This document shows, piece after piece, positions 33,019 through 42,292 of a DNA stretch of 64,000 nucleotides (its first letter is position 1; every line of letters starts with the position of its first letter). A program made the position numbers and the translations under genes. The stretch spans positions 31,900 through 95,899 of the forward strand of contig CAWHXT010000006.1 in assembly GCA_963833485.1 (NCBI GenBank), in the 5' to 3' direction. This DNA comes from an uncultured Candidatus Micrarchaeota archaeon. Its GTDB lineage: Archaea > Micrarchaeota > Micrarchaeia > Micrarchaeales > CABMGC01. The notes beneath the pieces were generated by a model. It had not been told where the DNA came from. It made no database searches and saw only the letters and a list, made by a program, of their open reading frames with translations.

Positions 33019-34356
33019 ATGGCAGAGATGAAAAAGGAGTACAACCTGATAAAGGAGATGAAGAGGCTCAAGTCGATAAGAGGCTCTGGAACCCAGCTGA
33101 TAAGCGTATACATACCAGCAGGCTACCAAATCTCCGAAGTGGTAGCGAAGCTCAGGAACGAGTACAGCCAGAGCGGTAACATAAAGTCAAAGACTACTAG
33201 GACAAATGTGCTCTCAGCAATAGACAAGATAATGCAGTACTTGAAGTTATTCAAGCAGACTCCGCCTAATGGCCTTGCGGTGTTCTGCGGCAACATATCT
33301 GACAACCCAAGCAGGGATGACATAGAGCTTTTCTCGATAGAGACTCCGCTGCCTCTCAAGGTGAACATATACAGGTGCGATTCTGACTTCCTGCTTGATC
33401 CTATAGAAGAGATGATAGCAGCGACGGACACTTATGCGCTTGTGGTGATGGATGGAAGGGAAGCGACCCTTGCGACACTAAAGGGACCGCAGATAAGGGT
33501 GGTGAAGAGGCTCAATTCTACAGCGCACGCTAAGGTTAGGAAGGGTGGGCAGAGCGCTGCGAGATATGAGAGAATAATAGAGGAAAGCATAGGAGAATAC
33601 GAAAAGAGGATAGGAGAAGCTGTGAATGCACTCTTTGCACAAAGCGAGTTCAAGATAAAGGGGCTGCTAGTGGGAGGGCCTGGACCTGCGAAGGAGGGAT
33701 TTGTTAAGGCTGGAGCGCTGAACTATCAGATAAAGATGCTGGGGGTGTTTGACACTGGCTACACTGATGATTTTGGCCTGCATGAGCTTGTCGAGAAGGC
33801 GAAGGACCTTCTGAAGGAGCAGGAAGCGTCAAGGGAGAGGCAGGTGATAGAAAAGTTTATGCAGGAGAGGTCAAGGAACGCGCTTGCGGTGTCCGGCTAT
33901 TTTGCAACTAGAAAAGCAGTAGAAAACAAGCAGGCGAGCCAGGTTATAATCAACAAGGATCTCAACTTGTATGAGGAGAAGAGGGAGAGTAAAACTGAAA
34001 AGGAGATAATAGTCGTTTACAAGAGCGATGAGGAAGTGAACAGAAAGAACGCCTCTGGAAGGGGGCTTATTGATTTTATTGACATAAGTGGGGAGATGAA
34101 AGATCCTTATCTTGTTGAACTTCGAAGGAGAATAGATGACGGGGAACTTAAGGATCCAAAGGTGAGGATCAGCGAGTACAATGAGCTAGTGTCAAGGTAT
34201 CCAGACGCTTCTGAAGTGAAGGACGCAATAGAGAAGCTTGTTGACGACGCAGATGAGAATGATATTGACACTGTCTTCGTGTCAAGCGAGAGCTCTTATG
34301 GTAAGGAGTTTTTGATGGGCTTCGGTGGAATAGCAGCGCTGCTCAAATATAAGTGA
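33019..34356 (+). CDS. prf1: peptide chain release factor aRF1
   Basis: 445 aa with the NIKS motif (SGNIKSKTTR) and the GGQ motif (KGGQSAARYERI). Confidence 0.92.
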   Translation: MAEMKKEYNLIKEMKRLKSIRGSGTQLISVYIPAGYQISEVVAKLRNEYSQSGNIKSKTTRTNVLSAIDKIMQYLKLFKQTPPNGLAVFCGNISDNPSRDDIELFSIETPLPLKVNIYRCDSDFLLDPIEEMIAATDTYALVVMDGREATLATLKGPQIRVVKRLNSTAHAKVRKGGQSAARYERIIEESIGEYEKRIGEAVNALFAQSEFKIKGLLVGGPGPAKEGFVKAGALNYQIKMLGVFDTGYTDDFGLHELVEKAKDLLKEQEASRERQVIEKFMQERSRNALAVSGYFATRKAVENKQASQVIINKDLNLYEEKRESKTEKEIIVVYKSDEEVNRKNASGRGLIDFIDISGEMKDPYLVELRRRIDDGELKDPKVRISEYNELVSRYPDASEVKDAIEKLVDDADENDIDTVFVSSESSYGKEFLMGFGGIAALLKYK

Positions 34357-34360
34357 TAAT

Positions 34361-35392
34361 ATGATCAAAAGAACTTTTAGGGGAACATTTTACGAAATTG
34401 GAAAACAGAAGGGAGCGATATATAAGAAGAATGGGATGAGTTTTGACAAGATAAAAATAAAGAATAATCTTTTTCGTAAGCAAATGAAGATATATGAGAA
34501 ATATTATCCTAATGGTATCGAAGAATTGGAGGGAGTTGCGGAGGCCAGTGGATACAATAAGGATAAAGTTGCCTATAGATTTATCACTACAGGGATATTG
34601 CCAGTTATAGAAAAGTCGAGCTTGCACCAAAAAGGTTGCACAATATTTGGAATAAAAGAGGGAAACAAGACTTTTGTCGGGAGAAATTACGATTGGTGCC
34701 GGGTTACCGAAAAGGTATTCGAGTTATATAAGACGTACCCTAAAAATGGAAATGCATATGTCGCAATAACAGATATGGATGTCTCTGAAAAGCATGGCAT
34801 GCAGAAAAAATACCTATATTATTACCCTGACGATCTCATAAACGACAAAGGGTTGTTCATCAGCCTTACTTCAGCTTTCACTTATAACTGGAATTATGGG
34901 CTGACGTGTGGCCACATGTTAAGCTTGATAGCTGAAACCTGCCAAACAGTTAATGATGCTGTAAGAGTTTTCGAAAGGGTACCACTGTGCGGCCCAAAGA
35001 ACTTCTTTATAGCTGACAAAGAGGGAGATATTGCTGCTGTTCAGCACACAGCGAAGAAATTTAAGGTGGTTCGCCCGCATGAAAAAATGTTGATACAGAC
35101 GAATAATTATACAGATCCTGAGCTCATCCTGGAAGACAAGGTTTTGGAGATGGACCCGACGCACAATACTTTTCTTAGGTATTACCAAACCTTACAGAGG
35201 ATAAATTCCATCAAATCCAAGTTCAAACAGGAAGACATAATAAAAATCCTTGGAGATAAGAATTCATACATGTGCCAAAACCGCCCAGACTTTAAGACAA
35301 TCTGGTCTTGGGCTCTCGATATGAAAAGCAAGAAATACAAACTATATTGGGACCTATTAGGAAAAAGAAAGGAGGTCACAATAAGCATATAG
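34361..35392 (+). CDS. peptidase C45 / Ntn-hydrolase family protein (acyl-CoA:6-APA acyltransferase-like)
   Basis: 343 aa. N-terminal FRGTFYEIGKQKG, and a putative autoprocessing Gly-Cys site at HQKGCTIFG followed by GRNYDW. Confidence 0.6.
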   Translation: MIKRTFRGTFYEIGKQKGAIYKKNGMSFDKIKIKNNLFRKQMKIYEKYYPNGIEELEGVAEASGYNKDKVAYRFITTGILPVIEKSSLHQKGCTIFGIKEGNKTFVGRNYDWCRVTEKVFELYKTYPKNGNAYVAITDMDVSEKHGMQKKYLYYYPDDLINDKGLFISLTSAFTYNWNYGLTCGHMLSLIAETCQTVNDAVRVFERVPLCGPKNFFIADKEGDIAAVQHTAKKFKVVRPHEKMLIQTNNYTDPELILEDKVLEMDPTHNTFLRYYQTLQRINSIKSKFKQEDIIKILGDKNSYMCQNRPDFKTIWSWALDMKSKKYKLYWDLLGKRKEVTISI

Positions 35393-35403
35393 ACAGACTT
35401 ATT

Positions 35404-35832
35404 TTAGTGTTTTGGGAAATTTATAAGGCTTGATTTGTTTTTGACTCTTCCAGCAAGCTCTATCCACACTCCATCTGGGTCCTTTAAGTATGCGAGTGTC
35501 CAACCTCCATCAGTAAAAGGTTCTACGGCAACCTTTACCCTTTTCTTTTTAAGTTTTTGGAATGTACTTTTGACATCGTAAACATGGAAAGCAAGATGAT
35601 CTAGCTCATCGCCTCCTGCATATTTTTTATAATAGATGTTATTCTTTGGATACCAATTCAATTCAAGGCGCTGCTGCGGTGTGTACTTATGTGTAGGACT
35701 TGCCAGCTGCACGAATATCCCTCCATGACTCATCTTCCCTCTGTCTGTGATCCTCATTCCCATTAGGATCGTGTAAAATTTGATGGATCTGGATAAGTTT
35801 CTAACTCTTATTCCTGTATAAGCAAACTCCAT
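35404..35832 (-). CDS. VOC family protein (glyoxalase I-like)
   Basis: 142 aa: MEFAYTGIRVRNLSRSIKFYTILMGM...HLAFHVYDV...GVWIEL. This is the paired beta-alpha-beta-beta-beta pattern. Confidence 0.7.
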   Translation of the reverse strand: MEFAYTGIRVRNLSRSIKFYTILMGMRITDRGKMSHGGIFVQLASPTHKYTPQQRLELNWYPKNNIYYKKYAGGDELDHLAFHVYDVKSTFQKLKKKRVKVAVEPFTDGGWTLAYLKDPDGVWIELAGRVKNKSSLINFPKH

Positions 35833-35851
35833 TTTTGCACCAAGATGTTTT

Positions 35852-36433
35852 CTAACCTAGCTCTGCAGCTATAGGGCAGCTTGTCATGTAGTGAGAATCG
35901 CCAGAGACATAGAGATGGAAGAGGTTTATCACCGTGTAATTCCCAGAGCTGTAGTTGAGGAATATGCTTGGTTCGGACCTTGCGACGCTCAGGCATGCGC
36001 TTGCGGACTTGGTTGCGATGTTAATGTGCCCTAGGCCACCCACCTGGTAGATGCACGTAGCATTTGACTGGTTGACTATGAAGAAGTCTATAGTGCTTGC
36101 GTTGCGCGTGTGTGCAACATACTGAAGTATCTGCGGGAAGCAGACGGACTCGTTGGAGTACTCATTAATAGTCTTGTAACTGACGACAAGCGCGACCCTT
36201 GGAGCTGCGATGAAGTTGCTCTTGAACGTTGAGAAAGGGGTTGAAACGTAGTTTGTCAGCACGTAGTAGACCCCGACTGCGATTATCACTATAATCATGG
36301 CGACTATCAGGTAGCTGAGGCGTTTGCTCTTCTTGCTCTCCTTCTTCTCTGCCTCCTTTTTCTCTTTAGCCTTAGGCTGTTGCTCCTTGGCTTTCTTTGC
36401 GCCCTGCTTGTTGTTTTCCTTCTTCTCAGCCAT
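35852..36433 (-). CDS. membrane-anchored protein whose ectodomain is paralogous to the C-terminal domain of the upstream 703-aa protein
   Basis: 193 aa with a Lys-rich N-terminus, one TM segment and a 4-Cys domain (SNESVCFPQ, SNATCIYQ, SASACLSV, YMTSCPIAAEL) that aligns with 36438..36800 of the neighbouring gene. Confidence 0.6.
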   Translation of the reverse strand: MAEKKENNKQGAKKAKEQQPKAKEKKEAEKKESKKSKRLSYLIVAMIIVIIAVGVYYVLTNYVSTPFSTFKSNFIAAPRVALVVSYKTINEYSNESVCFPQILQYVAHTRNASTIDFFIVNQSNATCIYQVGGLGHINIATKSASACLSVARSEPSIFLNYSSGNYTVINLFHLYVSGDSHYMTSCPIAAELG

Positions 36434-36437
36434 CAGC

Positions 36438-38544
36438 TCACTTCAAAAGCAGCGCGGCATTGCACGAGCCCATGAAGCTCTGGTTGCCTGTCGCGGCAAG
36501 ATAGGTACCTGTAGAAAGAGTAAACGCGAAGGTGAGCCCCCTGCCCGCTGGTGAGTATCACCATTGGGATGCCACTCTTTGCGTAGGAGTTCATGCATGC
36601 GCTTACGCTCTGTGTCGCGTTCGTAGTCTTGCAGACGTCGTTGCTGAAGTTAACCAGCAGAGGCAGCTTGTCCTCGACCTTGAGGGTCTTCGACATGATG
36701 CTTATGCAGTTTGACATCTGCTGGTTTGATGTGCCGTTTATAATCAGCGCAACGTACTTTGAAGAACCAACTGCGCCGCCGAAGGCGGAGTATGGTGCGA
36801 AGCCGTTAGCTCCACTCGCGTATATGAATGATAATATTAGAAATATCACCAGCAGCACGAGCAGCAGGATGAACAGCCTCTGCCAGTTCTTCTGCGTGTT
36901 CCTGTTAATCATTATCTTCCTGTTTTTCTTCATCTTTGCGTACTCTCTGTATATTAACAGTATTATAATTACGCCTATAATGAGTGCGAAAAGCACCGAG
37001 GTCAGAGGGGCAGCTGCAACGCTGTCCGGGTAAGACATGTTGAACATAGGCAGTAATAGTGTCGTGAAGCCTCCCCCTATCACTCTGGAGAGCTCCGTGA
37101 GGCTTAGTATGGGCACTGACCCGAAGTATGCGCTCTTCGCCTGCTTGGATATCGAGCTGAGTTGCGCTTCAGCCTGCGAAAGGTTTGATATCTTTCCTAC
37201 CAGTTGCGCGCCGATCTGGATGCTTTCCAAGGCGAGGCTGGAGGCCTGGCTGTCGACGGTCCTGGCGTTAAGCTGCGCCTTCAGCAGCGTGCGGGTGGTG
37301 TTCGTCTGAATTTCCAGGAGGTTGTTGTAAGTGTTGTTCAATGAGGAATAATCGCTCTTCAGCTTGCTGAACTTGGTGGATAGCTTGCCTTCCTGCTGGG
37401 TGAGGTTAAGGTTAAGGTAGTTGGCCGTCAGGTTCTGGTAAGCGCTCTGGATCACTGCAACGTCGGTAGAGAGTGTGCTGTTCTGGATGTGGCCAAGCAG
37501 CGTTGTGGATGAATTTATCGTCGTGTTGTACCCGAGAAGAGTGGTATTGAGTATTGTGTCAAGCAGCGCGGTCTGCTCCTTGTTGAGTATTGGGCCAATC
37601 AGGCTGCTTGCGAAGGTGCTTATCTGTGAGGCTAGGTTGTTTATCTGAGCATCGGAGACCGTCAAGGCTGAGAGGTTGTTTATCGCGACCTGCATCTTGT
37701 TAAGGAGAGTGTAGTTGTAGTCCAGGTATCCGCAGTAAAAAGCCTGGTGGCAGTACCATACGGCTGGATTTGCCGCGCACATGCCAAGCTGGTCGTTGGT
37801 TATGTTTGAGGGTGTTGGGAAGAGGGCTCCATCAGGCATTTCCCTAGTGATAGTGCTTATGTTGTTGAAGTCAGTCACCAAGCCGGCCCTTGCGGAGCCG
37901 AAGTTGGTCTCGTTGGTGTTAGTGATCAAAGAGTTGAACGAGTTTACACTGGTGTTGAGAGAGTCATACTGGCTCTCGAAATTTACGATTCCCTGCCCGA
38001 AGTAGCCCGTAACTCCTCCGCCTGCTGGCGTTACGCCCACGGGGCATCCGACCCCTAGTAGCGTGCATCTGCAAAGTGGCAGCTCATAGCATGAGTTGCA
38101 GTTATTGTCCACCGTGCACGTCAGGCCGGTGTTTAGCCCTGTCTCAATAAGGCATGTTTGCAGCGTTTGCGTGATTGAGCTGTTTGTGCCTGTGGTGTAA
38201 TTCTCCATCTGCAGCTGCAGCTGCATAAGGTCCAGGTTAGAGAGGGTCTTCTGGAGCACCGTCGGCTTGATTATGTTGAATATCAGGGTGGAGTTTGTGA
38301 CTATCTTGTAGTTCCCAACAGTTGTGACGTTGGCCACCATGTAGATGCTGCTGCCCTTGTATAGTATCAGATATGTGCCTTTGGAGTAGTTGACCATCAC
38401 TGGAGAGAGCGCATATATCGTCGAATTTGAGACGTTGAAGCCTGCCAGCATAGAATGGAGCTGGGTAGTCGAATAGGCGCTCACCACGTTCATCATGATG
38501 GGCATTAGCAGCAATAGTAGCATTATACGGCTTAAACTGGTCAT
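36438..38544 (-). CDS. large secreted/membrane protein: signal peptide, Cys-knot-like segment, Asn/Thr-rich helical stalk with many N-x-S/T sequons, two TM segments and a C-terminal 4-Cys domain (frameshift near the 3' end)
   Basis: The ORF 36433..38544 (703 aa) starts MTSLSRIMLLLLLMPIMMNVVSAYS. It has 7 Cys within QTCLIETGLNTGLTCTVDNNCNSCYELPLCRCTLLGVGC. Its last 30 aa look out of frame. A +1 shift at the C5 run 36537-36541 restores LTFAFTLSTGTYLAATGNQSFMGSCNAALLLK, with the stop at 36438-36440. Confidence 0.65.
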
Positions 38545-38649
38545 TTAAACACTCGCAATTAGTATAAGAAGGGAATATTTAAATAGATTTTGCAAGTTTT
38601 CGGGCTGTTTTTTCTGTCGAAAATTTATATGCCTAACGGTGGGGAGCTT

Positions 38650-38690
38650 AAAAGGAAAAGGAAAAGGAAAATAAAAATAAAAGGGAAGAA
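38650..38690 (-). terminator. oligo-T-rich tract downstream of the S-layer-like gene
   Basis: The plus strand reads aaaggaaaaggaaaaggaaaataaaaataaaagggaagaa, so the coding (minus) strand carries successive T runs about 45 nt after the stop. This matches archaeal intrinsic terminators. Confidence 0.35.
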
Positions 38691-38734
38691 GCCAAAGGGC
38701 TTCTTCATAACTGCTAGTTGCTACTTAGTTGGAC

Positions 38735-39793
38735 TTAAACTCCAGATGCTTGGCTCAACAGTTCCTGTATGAACTGGTTTCCTGCCGTCACCGTGTCGTT
38801 CGCTGAGTATCCTGCAACAAGGATCTTGTTGCCGAATGCCTGAACTATAGGTGTCGATCCTGGGCCAAACGTGCTGTTCAGCTGTGGGTTGTTAGCAAAG
38901 ATCTGCTTAGCCACAGAGTTCACGTATCTGCTTCCGATTACTATCAGAGCAGCAGAGTTGTTCACTTGGGTGTCAAGTACTGCCAAAGGTGTTCCACCAA
39001 CTGTTGCAGTGTTTAGGTGCACAGGTGTTACCGCCTCTTTTACTGAAGGCACTATCAAACTCGTAAGGTTGTTTATCCCGCTCACAGTGCAGCCTGTTAC
39101 GTTGACGCTCGACAATGTGCATGTCGCGTTCACCGCTGCTATCGTGACGTTAGGGATGTTTGTTGCCTTACCAACTCCATATGGACCAAAGTTCGTTACG
39201 GACGAGCCTCCTTGAGTGACGTTCGCCGGGCCGGCCACGAATCCTAACGTATCTATCGTCTTTGCGATATCAATCGTTGCAGATTGTGTGCTGATGGCTG
39301 CGATTTCGTCTCCTCTTTCAGTTCTGAAGCCAACTGTTGCGTTCACCGGATTGCTCTGCGTGCTATAGTACTCAACTGCGTTCTGGTAGGAGTTTGACCT
39401 ATTAAGCCAGTATGTTGGGTTTGAACCGACAGTAGAGCTGTTCGTCAATCCTATATATAGGTATGCGTTAGCTGTTGTCGGTGCCGCAGGGTTGGTTATC
39501 AAAGGCACGTTGTACGTGAAGTACTGGAACTTTGCAGAGTTGGTGGTCACTATACTGTTCGTTATTGTGAACGGTATCTGCGACCCTTCTCCGTTGTAGT
39601 ACACTTCAGAGGACGATGCACTTGCAGGTACGGCTAGATCATAGCTGTACTGAGGAACCTTATACACTAAGTATGTACGTCCTAGTGCGTTAGAGGCTAT
39701 GGCCAATGTTCCAAGCAATATGCTGTTCGTGTCCCCGACAGTCCCAAAGAATTCCGCGTTTGCCGTATCGAACACCTTTACCTGTGATACCAT
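38735..39793 (-). CDS. S-layer-like surface protein, C-terminal fragment (+1 frame relative to 39690..41918)
   Basis: 352 aa with the same Thr/Ser/Asn/Gly/Val-rich, charge-poor composition and many N-x-S/T sequons. It overlaps the upstream ORF by 104 nt. Confidence 0.65.
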   Translation of the reverse strand: MVSQVKVFDTANAEFFGTVGDTNSILLGTLAIASNALGRTYLVYKVPQYSYDLAVPASASSSEVYYNGEGSQIPFTITNSIVTTNSAKFQYFTYNVPLITNPAAPTTANAYLYIGLTNSSTVGSNPTYWLNRSNSYQNAVEYYSTQSNPVNATVGFRTERGDEIAAISTQSATIDIAKTIDTLGFVAGPANVTQGGSSVTNFGPYGVGKATNIPNVTIAAVNATCTLSSVNVTGCTVSGINNLTSLIVPSVKEAVTPVHLNTATVGGTPLAVLDTQVNNSAALIVIGSRYVNSVAKQIFANNPQLNSTFGPGSTPIVQAFGNKILVAGYSANDTVTAGNQFIQELLSQASGV

Positions 39794-41918
39794 TTGGTGG
39801 TACGTAGCCCAACGCTATGTTGGTTACGTTGTCAAACAGCGTGCCATCCTGTATTTGGTTTCCGAACGAAGTGAACGAGAACGTTACTGGACTCGTCTTC
39901 ACTCCCGCCTTGTATCCCGAAACCTGCACAGTCAATGGGTGTGCATTGCTCACGTAGTTGCCAGTTCCTACTGCAACAAGTCCGGTGTTTACCACACTTA
40001 CTGCGATTCCTGGGCTAGCCGCGCCGTTGGCCTGTGTTATTGTCGCGGAGTTTACTCCGTAAGCTGGCGTCAGCGACATCGTGTCAAGCGAGTAGTTCAG
40101 AGAGTTCAATGAAGAGCTCGGAGATGGTTCTGCTGTTGGAGACGTTACCGTGAATGCGGTTGGCAAAGTGCTCGTAACGCTAAATTCGTTAACCCCTTCT
40201 GTTATCGAGGTGTCGTTTATCACGTTAGAAGATAATGCCGACACTACGTTGGCTGCGAATGCATTAGTTGGTGCTTTGTTCCACTCTTGTATTGCTGTAG
40301 CCAGCGTTGTTACGCCACCAACTGAGTATGGGTTCGCGTACGTCCACGTTGGCATTGCTGTTGAGAAGCCAAGTGTGTCGTAGTTGCTGTTGCCGCTTCC
40401 TGGCCCTCCAAGAGAGTCACCAGTGAACGTTATCTTCCATGCTGATGGGTTCTGTATGAACGTCACAGCCTGGCCGTTGGTTAACGTCTGAGCGTATCTT
40501 GTGGTGTTGCTGTAGATTATTATGCCCTGAAGCTCTGCGTTAGCGAAGAAGTTTCCTGCAGGCGATGTTTCGTTCGTTGTCCATCTCACCAGTGCGCTCC
40601 ACTGCTTGTTGTTGGAGTTGAATGGCTTGCCTCCTGAGGTCACGTTGACTACGTTGTTGAACAACTGAATCTTAGCCCACTTCTGGTATGCGTACAAACC
40701 TGGGAAGGTTGACTGTACATATATGTACACCTTTGTACCAGATGAGTTGACCAGTAGTGTTGTTCCTGGGAATATAGAGGTCGTGTTCGTTGGCACCTTG
40801 TTGTTATACACTTCTATTGATGCAGAAGCCAAACCGTTCTGGTTAGGATATGAAAGGTCCTGCAGATTTACGGTTATTGGTCCACTCGAAAGGTTGTGCG
40901 TAACGTATACTGTGGTTAATGGTGTTTCAGACTGAGCCAACTGTATAGAACCTCCTACTATGAAGTTCTGAGAGTATGGTCCAGCTGTGCTCACTGTGTC
41001 CGTAGGTGGTGCGCCTCCGAAGATCGTCCATGACTGTCCAAGGACAGTGAACGATGCGTGGTTCACAGAGTTCGACGCGAAGTTGCTCACGTTGGTGTAC
41101 AATGCGACTGGCTTGCCAAAGGTTATCTGGTAAGCACCAGCTGCATCTATAACCGCGAGTTGCGCGATTCCAGAAGCCTGGTCGTACACTGGGAAGCCCT
41201 CTAGCCACAGGAATTCTGATTCCTGGTACTGTCCAGCGTTTGAAAGCAATCCTGGGACTTGAGCCTGGCTCAATGCTAGGATGTTATCATAGTACTGGGT
41301 TCCGAAAGAGGAGAACTGCGCGAAGGTCATGCCTCCGCCATTTGTTCCGGATACGACAGAAGCGTTCACGTTAATCGCTCCAAGACCTGTAAATGGTGAA
41401 GTCATTGTTGGGGTCGATGTTATTGGGTAGTTACCATTGGACGCAGCACTCTGTGGGTATGCATATTGGTTGCTAGCTGAGTTCTGCAATGCCTTTGTGT
41501 ATTGCAAAGTGTTGTAGTTCTGAGCTCCACCGTTGAGTACTGATCCTATCAGCGTCTTGAATGCATAGCTTCCACCTGCAACTGCGGTCCCTCTTTCACC
41601 AAGCCAAACCTGTTGGTTTGTTATGGCGCACTTGGGCGTAGTTAGAGCGCATGTCAATCCATAAGGCGACGTTCCAGTTAAGCTGGCTGTCACCGGCGTG
41701 GATGTGAATGCCAGGTTGCCGATTACCGCAGCAATGTTTGCAGCGACTACTCCGTCGCTAGGTTGAGCGGTAGATCCGACCACTATCTGGACAGTTGGCT
41801 GTCCCGCGCTGTTTATGATAGTTACATTTCCAATTCCTATGCTGGCGGATCCAAAAACTAGACCCATAGCCAAGCTTGCCGCGATGGCGGCTATTCTCTT
41901 TGCGTTAAGACTTTTCAT
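39690..41918 (-). CDS. S-layer-like surface glycoprotein candidate, N-terminal fragment
   Basis: 742 aa. Signal peptide MKSLNAKRIAAIAASLAMGLVFGSASIG and a beta-rich, low-charge composition. The last ~30 aa (GKGVRYGKRGILWDCRGHEQHIAWNIGHSL) look out of frame. A 365-nt AT-rich leader region lies upstream. Confidence 0.65.
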   Translation of the reverse strand: MKSLNAKRIAAIAASLAMGLVFGSASIGIGNVTIINSAGQPTVQIVVGSTAQPSDGVVAANIAAVIGNLAFTSTPVTASLTGTSPYGLTCALTTPKCAITNQQVWLGERGTAVAGGSYAFKTLIGSVLNGGAQNYNTLQYTKALQNSASNQYAYPQSAASNGNYPITSTPTMTSPFTGLGAINVNASVVSGTNGGGMTFAQFSSFGTQYYDNILALSQAQVPGLLSNAGQYQESEFLWLEGFPVYDQASGIAQLAVIDAAGAYQITFGKPVALYTNVSNFASNSVNHASFTVLGQSWTIFGGAPPTDTVSTAGPYSQNFIVGGSIQLAQSETPLTTVYVTHNLSSGPITVNLQDLSYPNQNGLASASIEVYNNKVPTNTTSIFPGTTLLVNSSGTKVYIYVQSTFPGLYAYQKWAKIQLFNNVVNVTSGGKPFNSNNKQWSALVRWTTNETSPAGNFFANAELQGIIIYSNTTRYAQTLTNGQAVTFIQNPSAWKITFTGDSLGGPGSGNSNYDTLGFSTAMPTWTYANPYSVGGVTTLATAIQEWNKAPTNAFAANVVSALSSNVINDTSITEGVNEFSVTSTLPTAFTVTSPTAEPSPSSSLNSLNYSLDTMSLTPAYGVNSATITQANGAASPGIAVSVVNTGLVAVGTGNYVSNAHPLTVQVSGYKAGVKTSPVTFSFTSFGNQIQDGTLFDNVTNIALGYVPPNGITGKGVRYGKRGILWDCRGHEQHIAWNIGHSL

Positions 41919-42292
41919 TCTATCACATTAATATTTTGTGAATATAGATTCAAATGTAAGGTATTTAAACCTGTGCATCATGTTTAATCTTTTTTTTATA
42001 ATACCCCCATTTTGTTCGTCAATTGCAATATAAAGATTCTTTTATAGACGAACTCCTTCGACGGAAGCCTATTTTCCCCCCTTTTGGACCTACTTCGTCC
42101 TTTGTTGTAGTTTCAGACCTGTTGGAAGCCTTGGATTGGGGAGAGCCACTGCTTCCTGTTTGATACCCTTATTTATTATAGTAATATATATGCAGCGATT
42201 CAGCACTGCGCACTCAACGTTTAAATAAATTTACATGGAGAAGAGTGTTATGAAACGCCTCTTTCGGCGCTTCTCTCAAAAGAGTGTTTATC

